Notes: a model not told the origin generated them from the letters alone. Positions 1-13,330 are shown, counted from the stretch's first letter. The stretch: DNA of 64,000 nucleotides from an uncultured Verrucomicrobiae bacterium (GCA_963834385.1 CAWIBO010000002.1:192001-256000); one strand, 5' to 3'. Program-made: numbers and translations.

Positions 1-836
1 GTGGCCGCGCCACCGTCCGCTCTCGCTCCCCCGCAAAACTCTTCGTAATCAATCGGTGCCGTGATGGTCGGTCGTTCACCGCAGACGGGACATTCCGGAT
101 CCCGCCGCACGGAAAATTCGCGCAGCCGCATCTTCAGGCCGTCGAAATGGACCAGGCGGCCGAGCAGCGGATCGCCCGCGCCGAGAAGAAGTTTGATCGC
201 CTCGAGCGCCTGGATCGTTCCGATCAATCCGGGCATGACCCCGAGCACACCCGCCTCGGCGCAGCTGGGGACGGAGCCCGGGGGGGGCGGTTCCGGGAAA
301 AGGCAGCGGTAGCACGGGCCACCGAGATGTGGCGCGAAGACGGAGGCCTGCCCCTCGAACCGGAACACAGAGCCATACACGTTCGGCCGGGAGGCGAAAA
401 CGGCGGCGTCGCTGGCCAGGTAACGCGTGGCAAAATTATCCGAGCCGTCGATGACAACATCATAGGCCGCGACCAGGTCAACGGCGTTGGCGGCCGTGAA
501 GCGTTCGCGGTGCCGTTCCACCTTCACCAGTGGGTTCAGCTCCAGCAGCCGATCCTGCGCCGAATCAACCTTGGCCCGGCCCACGTCCGCGGTGTCGTGC
601 AAAAGCTGCCGCTGGAGATTCGAGAGTTCGACCACGTCGTCATCCACCAGGCCGACCGTGCCGACCCCCGCAGCGGCGAGATACATGGCCGCGGGCGAGC
701 CAAGGCCCCCCGCACCAAGGCAGAGCACGCGGCCCTCCTTTAGGCGCGCCTGTCCGGCCTCGCCCACCTCGGGCATGGTCAGGTGCCGGGCATAGCGGCG
801 ACGCTCCTCCGGCCCAAGCGGGCTTTGTGTAATCAT
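1..836 (-). CDS. moeB: Molybdopterin-synthase adenylyltransferase MoeB/ThiF family (3' end runs off window)
   Basis: Manual translation from ATG at 836: MITQSPLGPEERRRYARHLTMPEVG...LGAGGLGSP...SNLQRQLLH...PCYRCLFP...CAEAGVLG...CPVCG, the hallmark E1-like motifs. Not in the ORF track because no stop lies inside the window. Confidence 0.93.
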   Translation of the reverse strand, partial: MITQSPLGPEERRRYARHLTMPEVGEAGQARLKEGRVLCLGAGGLGSPAAMYLAAAGVGTVGLVDDDVVELSNLQRQLLHDTADVGRAKVDSAQDRLLELNPLVKVERHRERFTAANAVDLVAAYDVVIDGSDNFATRYLASDAAVFASRPNVYGSVFRFEGQASVFAPHLGGPCYRCLFPEPPPPGSVPSCAEAGVLGVMPGLIGTIQALEAIKLLLGAGDPLLGRLVHFDGLKMRLREFSVRRDPECPVCGERPTITAPIDYEEFCGGARADGGAA

Positions 837-876
837 CGGGCAAACCTAGCCGCCCGCACCGGGCTGCGCCAACTTC

Positions 877-1164
877 TCACGGTTTTACCTCATCCCATTT
901 GATGCCGATGATGCGGCGGTCGCGCAGCGATTTGAGCGACTTCGGGAAAACCAGGTAACGCGCGCCTTTCTCCTCCTTCAGGCCAACGAGCCCGAAATCG
1001 GTCCCTTTCTCACCGACGAGAATGGTCATGACCTTTTCCTGACGCAGCAGGGCCTGGAAGGCGGGATCCTGCCGCGGTTTGCGCCACGGGGTGTGGACCG
1101 CCGGGGTGCCAAACTCGGCCACGACCTCGGCGAACCGCGTCCTCTTCGTCTTCAGGAGTTTCAC
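877..1164 (-). CDS. Hypothetical protein (95 aa, basic)
   Basis: ORF with protein-like composition, co-oriented upstream of moeB; no recognised motif. Confidence 0.7.
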   Translation of the reverse strand: MKLLKTKRTRFAEVVAEFGTPAVHTPWRKPRQDPAFQALLRQEKVMTILVGEKGTDFGLVGLKEEKGARYLVFPKSLKSLRDRRIIGIKWDEVKP

Positions 1165-1367
1165 GGCAAAAAAAGTCCGCCAGAGAACTACGGCAAAAAG
1201 GATCAGACTACCGTTGCTGCATTCCTGCCCTGGCGGGGTTCGTTAGTCCTCAGTCCATAGCCCCTGACGGAAACCGAACTTCCGCGCAGGATGGCCCGCG
1301 CGCAATCGTCTTTTCATCGTCCTGCCGGTCATTGACACCCGGTCCGGCTTCTGGTCACATCGCCGCC

Positions 1368-1577
1368 GTGAAGAAGATCGTCCTGGTCCTGCTCGTGGTC
1401 GCCGCCGCCACCTCCTCCTGCACCACTCTTTCCAATCGGCGGGATCTCTACCAGCCGACGCGGCCCCTGCCCAGCCAGCTGCAAACCGCACCGCGCGCCC
1501 CTGCGACCACGACGGTGCCGGTCGCGCCCGTGGAAACGGGGCGGATGGAGGAAGAAGAAATGCTGCCGCCCCCCTAG
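1368..1577 (+). CDS. Small putative lipoprotein
   Basis: GTG start at 1368: MKKIVLVLLVVAAATSSC, a basic N-terminus, hydrophobic core and lipobox-like Cys, followed by a Pro/Thr-rich tail. Confidence 0.7.
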   Translation: MKKIVLVLLVVAAATSSCTTLSNRRDLYQPTRPLPSQLQTAPRAPATTTVPVAPVETGRMEEEEMLPPP

Positions 1578-1587
1578 GGGCGGGAGG

Positions 1588-1797
1588 TCAGGCGAAAGGA
1601 AGGTTCGCCTTGATCCGCTGCACGTCCGTCTCGTGGACGAGCACGGTTTTGCTCAGCTGCCGCTTGCGCTTGGCATTCTTGGCCGACATCAGGTGACGCC
1701 GGGAGGCCTGGGAGCGGAGCACCTTTCCGGTGGCGGTGATTTTGAACCGCTTCGCCACGGCTTTGCGGGTCTTGGAGCGGGCAATCGATTTCGGCAT
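1588..1797 (-). CDS. rpmI: 50S ribosomal protein L35
   Basis: MPKSIARSKTRKAVAKRFKITATGKVLRSQASRRHLMSAKNAKRKRQL...LPFA matches the L35 signature; true ATG at 1797. Confidence 0.96.
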   Translation of the reverse strand: MPKSIARSKTRKAVAKRFKITATGKVLRSQASRRHLMSAKNAKRKRQLSKTVLVHETDVQRIKANLPFA

Positions 1798-1908
1798 AAG
1801 AGCGCGCAAGATAGCGCACTTGTCGCCCCTGACAAATAAAAGCTGGGGGAGGTGTCCTTCCCGGGGGAAATCGCTGGCGTCTCCCCCTGTTGCGGGAACA
1901 GTGGCGGA

Positions 1909-3190
1909 GTGGAGCAACACGAGGGAAAACCGCAGGTCGTCATCGTTGGGGCCGGTTTCGGCGGGCTCGAGGTGGCCAAAAAACTCGGGCGGGCGCCTGT
2001 CCGGGTGACGGTGATCGACCGGACCAACTACCATCTCTTCCAGCCGCTGCTTTACCAGGTGGCCACGGCGGCGCTCTCGCCGGCGGACATTGCCGCGCCG
2101 CATCCGGTCCATCCTGAGCCGGTATGGCAACACCGAGGTGATTCTGGGCGAGGTGCAGGCCGTCGATGTCGCGGCCCGTCTCGTGCACACGAAAGACCGC
2201 CAGTTTCCCTACGACTACCTCGTCCTGGCCACCGGTTCCCGGCATTCTTATTTTGGTCGGGACGACTGGGAAAAGCTCGCGCCCGGCTTGAAAAGCCTCG
2301 AGGACGCGGTCGAGATTCGGCGCCGGCTCCTGCTCGCCTTTGAATATGCCGAGAAGTTGCCGGACAAGGCCGGCCGGCAGGCGGCCATGACTTTTGTCAT
2401 TGTCGGGGGCGGGCCGACCGGGGTGGAAATGGCGGGCGCCATTGCCGAGATCGCCCGTTACACCCTGGCGAAGGACTTTCGGCATATCGATCCCTCGGAC
2501 GCCAAGGTCATCCTGGTGGAGAGCGATCAGCGCGTGCTCTCCGCCTTCCCGCCCGATCTTTCCGCCAGCGCCCTGGCCCAGTTGCAGGAGCTGGGGGTGG
2601 AGGTGCGCACCGGAAGTCGCGCCCAAAACCTGACCGAGGAGGGCCTCGAGATCGGTTCGGAATTCATTCCCTGCCGGGTCAAGATCTGGGCGGCCGGCAA
2701 CACCGCCTCCGGGCTTGGCCGTTCCCTCGGGGTGCCCCTGGACCGGGCCGGGCGGGTCATCGTCAACCCCGACCTCACCATTCCGGGTCACCCCGAAGTG
2801 CAGGTGATCGGCGACATGGCCAACTTCGAGCACGATGGGGATGGCCGGCCGCTTCCCGGTGTTTCGCCGGTGGCCATGCAGGAGGGAAGGCACGCGGCGG
2901 AAAACATCATCCGGTCGCTCGAGGGGCAGCCGCCCCAGCGTTTTTATTATTGGGACAAGGGCACCCTCGCCACCATCGGGAGGAACAAGGCCGTGGCCGA
3001 CCTGAATTTTGTCCGCTTCAGCGGGGTCCTGGCCTGGCTGGCCTGGCTCTTCGTCCACGTGATTTTCCTGGTCGGCTTCCGCAACCGCGTGGCCGTGCTT
3101 CTCGAGTGGGCCTGGGCTTATTTCAGCTTCAGCAAGGGGGCGCGCCTTATCACCCGGAACTTCCAGGCGGAAAGCCGCCCACCGGACTGA
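1909..3190 (+). CDS. ndh: Type II NADH dehydrogenase (one frameshift near 2100)
   Basis: [10 protein letters not shown] and [15 protein letters not shown] in ORF 1852; [21 protein letters not shown] and [10 protein letters not shown] in ORF 2090. Confidence 0.9.
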
Positions 3191-4120
3191 TGGCGGCGTG
3201 GCGCGTGGCGGTGGTGGGAGCGGGCGCGATCGGCTGTTACTACGGCGCGCGCCTCGTCCAGGCCGGGGCCGAGGTTCATTTTCTGATGCGGAGCGACCTC
3301 GAAACGGTGCGCCGTGAGGGACTGACCATCCGGAGCCGCGCCGGCAATCTCCAGCTGAATGATGTCCACGCCCACGCGACCACGGCCGGGATCGGCCCGG
3401 TGGATCTCGTGCTGGTGGCCCTGAAAACCACGGCCAACGCGGCCTTGCCCGAGCTCATCCCGCCGCTTTTGGGGGAGGGGACCATGCTCCTGACCCTGCA
3501 GAACGGGCTCGGCAACGAGGAGGGGCTGGCCCGGGAGTTCGGCGCAGAACGCGTCCTTGGCGGTCTTTGTTTCATCTGCCTGATCCGGACCGCCCCGGGC
3601 GTCATCGAGCATTACGATATCGGTCACCTTTCCATCGGCGAATACGACCGCGCCCCATCGGCCCGGACGGACGAGGCTGGTCGAGCTTTTCCGGCGCGGC
3701 GGTTTGCGCTGTGCCGCAGTGGAGAATCTTGGGACGGAGCGCTGGCGGAAGCTTGTCTGGAACATTCCGTTCAACGGGCTGGCGGTGCGGGAGCGGCTCG
3801 ACACGGAGCGCATCCTTGGCCGGGCGGAGTTGCGGGGCGAAGTGGAAGCGCTCATGCAAGAGGTGCTGCAGGCGGCGGCCTGTTGCGGCCATGCACTGCC
3901 ACCGGAAACCATCGCGCTTCAACTTGCCCGCACCGAGGAGATGGGCCCTTATCGGCCTTCCACCCTGATCGACTACGAGGCGGGAAAAGCGCTCGAACTT
4001 GAGTCCATCTGGGGGGAACCGCTCCGGCGATCGCAGGCGAAGGGTGCGTCCTCTCCCCGCTTATCCGCGCTTTATCACGAGCTTTCGCTCATCGACCGGG
4101 AACTGTGCGCGCGAAAATGA
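3190..4120 (+). CDS. panE: 2-dehydropantoate 2-reductase (one frameshift near 3665)
   Basis: VVGAGAIGCYYG and LQNGLG, then WRKLVWNIPFNGL, PSTLID and ELESI in the second frame. Confidence 0.9.
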
Positions 4121-4596
4121 AAACGGGGGCAGACTCGGAGATCGATCGACCCGTGCTGGTCGTTCTCGACCGACAGCGCAAGGTCGTGCTCGACCGGGCC
4201 GCCCTGCAACAGTTTGGCGGTCGCGCGCTCGCGTTGATCCGGAAAAAGGTTCCCCGGTTTGAGGCCACGAGGCTGGCCCGCCTTGCGGAAGTGAGCGTGG
4301 TGCTCGTGTCCGACCGCCGCATGGCCGCGCTGCACCTTCAATATATGAACGTGGCCGGCCCCACCGACGTGCTGACGTTTGAGCACGGCGAGATCTTTAT
4401 CAGCACGGAGACTGCCCGGGCCAATGCCCGGCGTTTCCGCAGCACCACCCGGCAGGAAATCGAACTTTATCTGGTGCACGGGCTCCTGCATCTCTCCGGT
4501 TGCGACGACACCTCCGCGGGGCCGGCTCGCCGCATGGGTCGCCTGCAGGAGTCGGTGGCCCGGGGCGCCCGGAAGAGCGGGCGCGACACCGGTTGA
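4117..4596 (+). CDS. ybeY: rRNA maturation RNase YbeY
   Basis: PTDVLTF, GEIFIS and HGLLHLSGCDD zinc motif (Asp in place of the usual third His). Confidence 0.9.
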   Translation: MKTGADSEIDRPVLVVLDRQRKVVLDRAALQQFGGRALALIRKKVPRFEATRLARLAEVSVVLVSDRRMAALHLQYMNVAGPTDVLTFEHGEIFISTETARANARRFRSTTRQEIELYLVHGLLHLSGCDDTSAGPARRMGRLQESVARGARKSGRDTG

Positions 4597-4626
4597 AGGC
4601 GTGGGGCCGTATGGTAGCGTCCTGCC

Positions 4627-4956
4627 ATGGCGATCGAGGTTTCTTCGTCGGACGTCATGATCAGGGCTGGCCTGCCGGGAGCGCCGACGCTGGAGGAGGA
4701 AACGTCCACGCAGGCGGAAACCGACCTGCCCTGGCAGGTGGTGGTCCATAACGATCCGGTAAACCTGATGAGCTACGTCACCATGGTCTTCCAGAAAGTC
4801 TTTGGTTATCCGAAGCAGAAGGCCGAGACGCACATGATGGAAGTGCATGAAAAGGGACGCTCGGTTCTCTGGACGGGCGTGCGTGAACGCGCCGAGCTTT
4901 ACGTGCAGCAACTGCATGGCTACCTGCTGCTGGCCACGATCGAACGCTGTCCCTGA
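4627..4956 (+). CDS. clpS: ATP-dependent Clp protease adaptor ClpS
   Basis: VVVHNDPVNLMSYV...MMEVHEKGRS ClpS motif. Confidence 0.95.
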   Translation: MAIEVSSSDVMIRAGLPGAPTLEEETSTQAETDLPWQVVVHNDPVNLMSYVTMVFQKVFGYPKQKAETHMMEVHEKGRSVLWTGVRERAELYVQQLHGYLLLATIERCP

Positions 4957-4958
4957 AG

Positions 4959-5447
4959 ATGGAGCTGAGCCGGGAGGCGGACACGCTGGAGATTCGGGAA
5001 ATCGACCCGTTCCTGGCGGAGCTTCTTCGCCAGGTGCCGGCCAGCGCGGAGCCGGAAGGTTCGGAAGCGGCCGAGCAACGGCTTTTTTCCAAACCGTCGG
5101 CCGAAAGCGAAGCCTGCCGGGAATGGAAGAATTACGTCGAACCCGAGCTACGCCGCATTTTCGCCAGTGCGACCGAGATCGTCGTCGAGGATTTGCGGCA
5201 ATTGGAGGACAACGGCAAACCGTTTGCCAACGCCACTCTCCGCATCCCGGTGGCGCATGCCGACGCCTGGCTCAATACCTTGAACCAGGCGCGCCTGGTC
5301 ATCGCCGCCCGCTACAATTTCAGCGACGGCGAACTCTGCGATCATTATCGCTCGCCCATTGGGTCCCGCCGCGACCTCAGTCTTTTCCAGGTCAATTTCT
5401 ACGGCTTCCTGCAGGAGTTCATCCTGCGGGAAATCGAGACGCCCTAG
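4959..5447 (+). CDS. DUF2017-like protein
   Basis: Directly follows clpS, as in the actinobacterial clpS-DUF2017 pair; AWLNTLNQARLVIA and YGFLQE resemble that family. Confidence 0.75.
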   Translation: MELSREADTLEIREIDPFLAELLRQVPASAEPEGSEAAEQRLFSKPSAESEACREWKNYVEPELRRIFASATEIVVEDLRQLEDNGKPFANATLRIPVAHADAWLNTLNQARLVIAARYNFSDGELCDHYRSPIGSRRDLSLFQVNFYGFLQEFILREIETP

Positions 5448-5680
5448 GATTTGGCCTTGTTCCGGACCATGGACATCAAGCGGTCCTTGATCGCGTCCGA
5501 TGCCTTGGCCGGCTGCAGGCTCAGGGCAAAGGCCTCGTGCAGGGAATAGCACTCGTTGATGCAATCCTCCGCCTGCCGTCCAAACTCACGGCGCGCCGTC
5601 TCGAACTCGGCCACCTCGTCGGATTCCAGGGAACCGATGACGTAGAGCCGGGCCCGATTCTGGAATTCGTCAAAGCTCAT
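5444..5680 (-). CDS. Small soluble anti-sigma-factor-like protein (RskA N-terminal-like)
   Basis: MSFDEFQNRARLYVIGSLESDEVAEFE...PAKASDAIKDRLM resembles anti-sigma N-terminal domains; its start overlaps the sigma gene stop. Confidence 0.7.
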   Translation of the reverse strand: MSFDEFQNRARLYVIGSLESDEVAEFETARREFGRQAEDCINECYSLHEAFALSLQPAKASDAIKDRLMSMVRNKAKS

Positions 5681-6332
5681 CTTTAAGCTCCTTGAGACCG
5701 TCGTAAATTTTCTTGAGCCCCAGTTCAAGCCGCGTTTTCACCGTGCCCAGCGGCGTGTTCGTCTGCAAAGCGATCTCCCGCTGGCTCATCCCGCGAAAAA
5801 AAGCGAGTTCCACGGCTTCCTGCTGGGCCGGCGGCAGGGAGTTGATCACCGTTCGCACGATGGCGCGCGTGTCCCCCGAGGAGATTTCTTCCGCGGTCGC
5901 GTTATGCACCCAGGCTTCGGGCTGCTGCTCCGTCTCGGCCTGGAGGCGTTCGCCCGCCCTGGTATAGGCCTGCTTTTTGCGCAAGCCGTCGATCGCGCGG
6001 CGCCGGGCCAGCGTCACCATCCAGCCAAGCGGTTTGCCTTTCTGCGCGGAGAAATTGCGGGACTGGTTCCAGATTTCCATGAAAATCTCCTGGAGCAGGT
6101 CGTCCGCCTCGGCGTCGTTGTGGACCACGCGCAGAATCAGCGCCTTAAGAATGCCGTTGTAGCGGTCGTAGAGCAGCGAGAGCGCTTCCGGTTCCTCCTG
6201 CTGAATCCGCAGCATCAACTCGAGGTCCGTCGGCGACCCCGGCTCAATGTGCGGGTTAAGTGCCGGCACTGGCACGGTGCCAAGCCCCTCCACGGGGTCG
6301 GGCGCCAGGGGCAGATCAAAACGGCGTTTCAC
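5670..6332 (-). CDS. ECF sigma-70 factor (SigK-like)
   Basis: Region 2 (ADDLLQEIFMEIW, WMVTLARRRAIDGLRK) and region 4 (GMSQREIA...PLGTVKTRL). Start uncertain; GTG at 6332 chosen. Confidence 0.93.
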   Translation of the reverse strand: MKRRFDLPLAPDPVEGLGTVPVPALNPHIEPGSPTDLELMLRIQQEEPEALSLLYDRYNGILKALILRVVHNDAEADDLLQEIFMEIWNQSRNFSAQKGKPLGWMVTLARRRAIDGLRKKQAYTRAGERLQAETEQQPEAWVHNATAEEISSGDTRAIVRTVINSLPPAQQEAVELAFFRGMSQREIALQTNTPLGTVKTRLELGLKKIYDGLKELKDEL

Positions 6333-6535
6333 AGTCGAAAGTTTCAAAGTTCCCGCGAGGGGCGCTCCAGGCGGCTTCCGCTGCCGCGGACAGGGAAAAG
6401 AACAGCCGGAAACCGCATGACCCGTTTTAGACGTTCCGCCCCGGCGCGTCCATGGTTTTCCGCGCCCGGGGCGGATTACCCCTTGACCCCGCCAAGGTCG
6501 CGTCGATAACCTCCCGTCTCCACCAGCGCGCCTGC

Positions 6536-7276
6536 ATGAAACGTTCCCTGCTTTCCTTACTCTTTCTTCTTCCTCTCCTCTTCGTCGGTGTCTCCGCCCG
6601 GGGGCAGGACATGCTCGCGCCGGCTCTCCGCGCCACCCCGGATGAAGAGACACCCACGCCTACGCCTTCGCCCACCGCGCCCGAGGCCACCCCCGAACCT
6701 TCGCCCACCGCCACCCCGGCGGCTTCGCCTGCCTCCACCCCCGTTCCCACGGCCAAACCTCGCGTCACCACCCTCGAACCAATCCGGGCCACCAGTCCTG
6801 CCCCGGCGGGAACCCGTGCTCCCGCCCCTGCCGCCACGGAGGATGACGATGAGGAACCAGAGGTGGTTGATAATACCAGCCCCTCCCGCCAAAATCTCGC
6901 CCGCACCGTCTCACTCCTTCGCCGTCTCGAGACCCAGTGGGAGAAATCGGCGCACGACGAGAAAGTGATCAAGCGCATCGTGGCCGACGACTTCATCGGG
7001 GTATCGCCCGATGGCAAGGTGCTCTCGAAATCGTCCCTGCTCCGACGGGCCCGCCGGATGGAGCCGCCCGGGAAATCGGCCTCCACCGGCACCCGCAGCA
7101 TGAACGTGCGCATGTTTGGGCCGCGCGTGGCGGTGGTCACCGGGGTGGCCCGCGAGAGCGGCCGGGACAAGGAAGGCAAAAAGTTCCGGCTCAATTTCCG
7201 TTTCACCGACACGTGGATGGAACGCGACGGCAAATGGCAGTGCGTGGCCAGCCACGCCATGCTTCTGCCGAAATAG
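6536..7276 (+). CDS. Secreted protein with Pro/Thr/Ala-rich linker and C-terminal DUF4440/SnoaL-like domain
   Basis: Signal peptide MKRSLLSLLFLLPLL, TPTPTPSPT linker, then ADDFIGVSPDG...RFTDTWMERDGKWQCVASH (NTF2-like fold). Confidence 0.85.
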   Translation: MKRSLLSLLFLLPLLFVGVSARGQDMLAPALRATPDEETPTPTPSPTAPEATPEPSPTATPAASPASTPVPTAKPRVTTLEPIRATSPAPAGTRAPAPAATEDDDEEPEVVDNTSPSRQNLARTVSLLRRLETQWEKSAHDEKVIKRIVADDFIGVSPDGKVLSKSSLLRRARRMEPPGKSASTGTRSMNVRMFGPRVAVVTGVARESGRDKEGKKFRLNFRFTDTWMERDGKWQCVASHAMLLPK

Positions 7277-7372
7277 CGGTCACCCGCAGCGCCCGGCCCT
7301 CCGCGGCGCCGGGATAAATTCCCGTCCGGGTGCGATTGCGCGCCCCGCCTTTGTGCGCCAAGTGTAACGAAC

Positions 7373-10680
<3,308 letters not shown>

Positions 10681-10772
10681 AAAACCGCCGGACGGGCAAT
10701 CCTCTGCCGGAACGGCGGCTGGTTGCCGCAATATTTCTTGGCAGACGAATGACTTCGGCGCAGACTCCGCCC

Positions 10773-11438
10773 ATGAAGTCGCACCTCGCCGCCATCGACG
10801 CCCGCGTCGCCGCCAAACATTTGCTGACGCACCCCTTTTACCTTGCCTGGAGCCGGGGCGAACTGAGCCTCGAGGCGCTGCGGGATTACGCCGCGCAGTA
10901 TTATCATCACGTGGCCGCCTTCCCGACCTACCTTTCCGGCGTGCATGCGCGCTGCGACGACCAGCCCACCCGTCGCCAGCTTCTCGATAACCTCTGCGAC
11001 GAGGAGGCCGGCCGGCCCAATCATCCCGAGCTGTGGCTCCAGTTTGCGGAATCGCTCGGGGTTTCCGCCGCCGCCGTCCAGGCCAGCGCCCCCGAGCCGG
11101 AGACGTCCGCCCTGGTCAAAACCTTCCGGGAACAGTGTGCCGGCAGTACGGCGGAAGGCGTGGCCGCCCTTTACGCCTACGAAAGCCAGATTCCGTCCGT
11201 GTCCGAGACGAAGATCGACGGTTTGAAGAAGCATTACGGGATGACGGAGCCGGCGGCGTATCAATATTTCACCGTGCACATTGAGGCGGATCGCGAGCAT
11301 GCGGCGGCCGAGCGCGAGATGCTCGGCCGGCATCTCACGGAAACGAACGCTCCCTCCGCTTTGCGCGCCGTGGACTCGGTGCTGGATGCGCTTTGGAACC
11401 TGCTCTCAGGCGTTTGCCGGCGTCACGCCATCGCCTGA
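10773..11438 (+). CDS. CADD/CT610-like heme-oxygenase-like dimetal oxidase (putative pABA synthase)
   Basis: HLLTHPFY, YYHHVAAFPTYLS, DNLCDEE...NHPELW, AALYAYESQIP, TKI and YFTVHIEADREH closely parallel Chlamydia CADD. Alternative start at 10749. Confidence 0.88.
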   Translation: MKSHLAAIDARVAAKHLLTHPFYLAWSRGELSLEALRDYAAQYYHHVAAFPTYLSGVHARCDDQPTRRQLLDNLCDEEAGRPNHPELWLQFAESLGVSAAAVQASAPEPETSALVKTFREQCAGSTAEGVAALYAYESQIPSVSETKIDGLKKHYGMTEPAAYQYFTVHIEADREHAAAEREMLGRHLTETNAPSALRAVDSVLDALWNLLSGVCRRHAIA

Positions 11439-12551
11439 TTCTGCGCTTCCCCGCGGGCTGAAGGAGGGACGTCCTTTCCAGGACGTCGGCCGCCCGGTCA
11501 GATACCGGACAAGACCAAGCCACTGCAGCACGAGCAGGGTGATGATCGAGAAGGGATGCAGCAGCGCCATGGCGGCAGGCTGATGGAACCGTTTGGCCGC
11601 GAACAGCCGCGGCGCCAGCGCGAGCGCGGCCGCGAGGACGGACAGGGCCAGCGCGCCCGGAGAAAGGAAAGGCGCGAGACCAAGCAGGACAAAGGGGAGA
11701 ACCTGTCCACCCAGGAGGAGCAGCGTAAACGGAACGATGCGGCCGGGCGCGCCGAGGCCCTCATGCGTGTTCTTGGCCAGCCCGTTCCAGACTTCCCGCC
11801 CGTTGTGATACATCCGGCAACTGGCCAGCGCGGTGACGTCAATCAGGTCGGTGGCAAAACCGCGCGCGCGAAACTGCCGGGCCAGCGCCATGGCGTCATG
11901 CACGCGGCGGCGCACCGCATGATGTCCGCCCGCCGCGAGATAATCCTCCTGCCGGCACGCCAGCAACTGGCCACAGGCTGCGCCATAGCGCGGGGATAGG
12001 GAACGCTGCATCCCGCGGAACGGGAGAAAGCCGAGAAGGATGAAGTGAAGCAGAGGAATCAGGAATTGTTCCGGGAAGCTGGCCAGTTCCTGCCGGGGAA
12101 TTCCGCTGACCAGCCCGCGCCGCGCGCGTTCCAGCCCGGCCACCAAGAGCGGCACCGCCCCCGGTTGCAGGCGTACATCGGCGTCGACGAAGAGCAGAAC
12201 CGGGAAGCGCGCGGCGTGACCCAGCTGCCAACAGGCGAAATTTTTGCCGCACCATCCCGCGGGCAACGTTTGGCCGCGAACCAGGCGGACCCGTTCGCCG
12301 GCCACCAGCCCCGCGGTGATCGTGGCGGTTTCATCCTCGGAATGGTCGTCGAGCACAATCACCTCCGCGGCCCCCGCCCCCAGCGCCGCCCTGATTGCTC
12401 CGGCGATGTTGCCCGCTTCGTTGCGGGCCGGGATCAGGACCGAGGCCGGCGTCGCGCTGGAGGTCGTGGGTGCGTGAAACCGGCGCAGGTTCAGGAAAAA
12501 CAAGCCGGCCGGGAGCGCGGCGCAGGCCAGGGCAACGATCGCGGCAATCAC
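11406..12551 (-). CDS. crtQ: GT2 glycosyltransferase, CrtQ-like (diapocarotenoate glycosyltransferase)
   Basis: SVLIPARNEA, LDDHSED, GWCGKNFAC, FVDADV, CRMY; last gene of the carotenoid operon. Confidence 0.75.
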   Translation of the reverse strand: MIAAIVALACAALPAGLFFLNLRRFHAPTTSSATPASVLIPARNEAGNIAGAIRAALGAGAAEVIVLDDHSEDETATITAGLVAGERVRLVRGQTLPAGWCGKNFACWQLGHAARFPVLLFVDADVRLQPGAVPLLVAGLERARRGLVSGIPRQELASFPEQFLIPLLHFILLGFLPFRGMQRSLSPRYGAACGQLLACRQEDYLAAGGHHAVRRRVHDAMALARQFRARGFATDLIDVTALASCRMYHNGREVWNGLAKNTHEGLGAPGRIVPFTLLLLGGQVLPFVLLGLAPFLSPGALALSVLAAALALAPRLFAAKRFHQPAAMALLHPFSIITLLVLQWLGLVRYLTGRPTSWKGRPSFSPRGSAESGDGVTPANA

Positions 12552-13327
12552 AACCGGGAATGTTCCGCGCGGAATTCGTCACCTCGCACCCTGGCCGCCA
12601 GGCGCTGCCAGGTCGAATAAATGAAGTTCACTCCCGCACGGGTCCGGCGAAGCTCGATCCAGGCGCCGGCATCGCGCGCCTGGGCGGACGCGGCCAGTTT
12701 TGTCGCCACTTCGGCCAGGCGGTTTTCCAAAAACTCGCAAGCGGCCGCGGGGGCGGGCGGGGTTGGCCACGAGACGGGCGCGCCGAACGCGACCAGCGCC
12801 TCCGGCAGGCGTTCTTCCCAGAAAGTGTATTCCACCGCCAGGGGGATGAAGGCGAGACCGGGAAAACGCCGGGCCACGTGACCGATGCCGGCGGCGAAGC
12901 CGAGCGGGCGCTGGCGAACATCGGCGAAGCGCCCCTGGGGCGTCAGCCAAAGGAGAGATGCAGGCTGGGACAGAAGGTGATCCGCCTGCGCGAGGAAATT
13001 GCGCCCGCCGCGCAGGCTCCCCTGCCGCAGGGGGAACAGACCAAGATGGCGCAGGAAAGGATAGCGGCGAAGCGACTCGGCCTCGATCGGGGCGTAGGAA
13101 TGATGCCCGGCGAACAGTTTTCCCGAGAGAAAAAGGCAGAGCAGCGGGTCCCACCACGAAGCGTGGTTCAGGTAGATGACGGCAGACTGGTCCGGCGCGA
13201 GGCTGGGCGGGCGTGCTTCGCCCAACAACCGGACTGCGTGAAACCGACGCGCCAGGTAGGAGCGGTTGTAGAGATGAAAAAGGCGCAGAAACCCAGGAGA
13301 AATCGCGGCTTTCTCTTCCGGAATCAT
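12548..13327 (-). CDS. Lysophospholipid/PlsC-family acyltransferase (carotenoid-cluster associated)
   Basis: NHASWWD (HX4D) and TPQG motifs; stop overlaps the glycosyltransferase start. Confidence 0.85.
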   Translation of the reverse strand: MIPEEKAAISPGFLRLFHLYNRSYLARRFHAVRLLGEARPPSLAPDQSAVIYLNHASWWDPLLCLFLSGKLFAGHHSYAPIEAESLRRYPFLRHLGLFPLRQGSLRGGRNFLAQADHLLSQPASLLWLTPQGRFADVRQRPLGFAAGIGHVARRFPGLAFIPLAVEYTFWEERLPEALVAFGAPVSWPTPPAPAAACEFLENRLAEVATKLAASAQARDAGAWIELRRTRAGVNFIYSTWQRLAARVRGDEFRAEHSRL

Positions 13328-13330
13328 GGA

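Noticed and set aside
1243..1491. ORF 1243-1491 on the minus strand
   Set aside because: Overlaps the better-supported lipoprotein gene and has low-complexity Arg-rich composition.
2095..2105. Programmed ribosomal frameshifting in ndh and other split genes
   Set aside because: No slippery heptamers or consistent signals at the break points, and these families are not known to be recoded.
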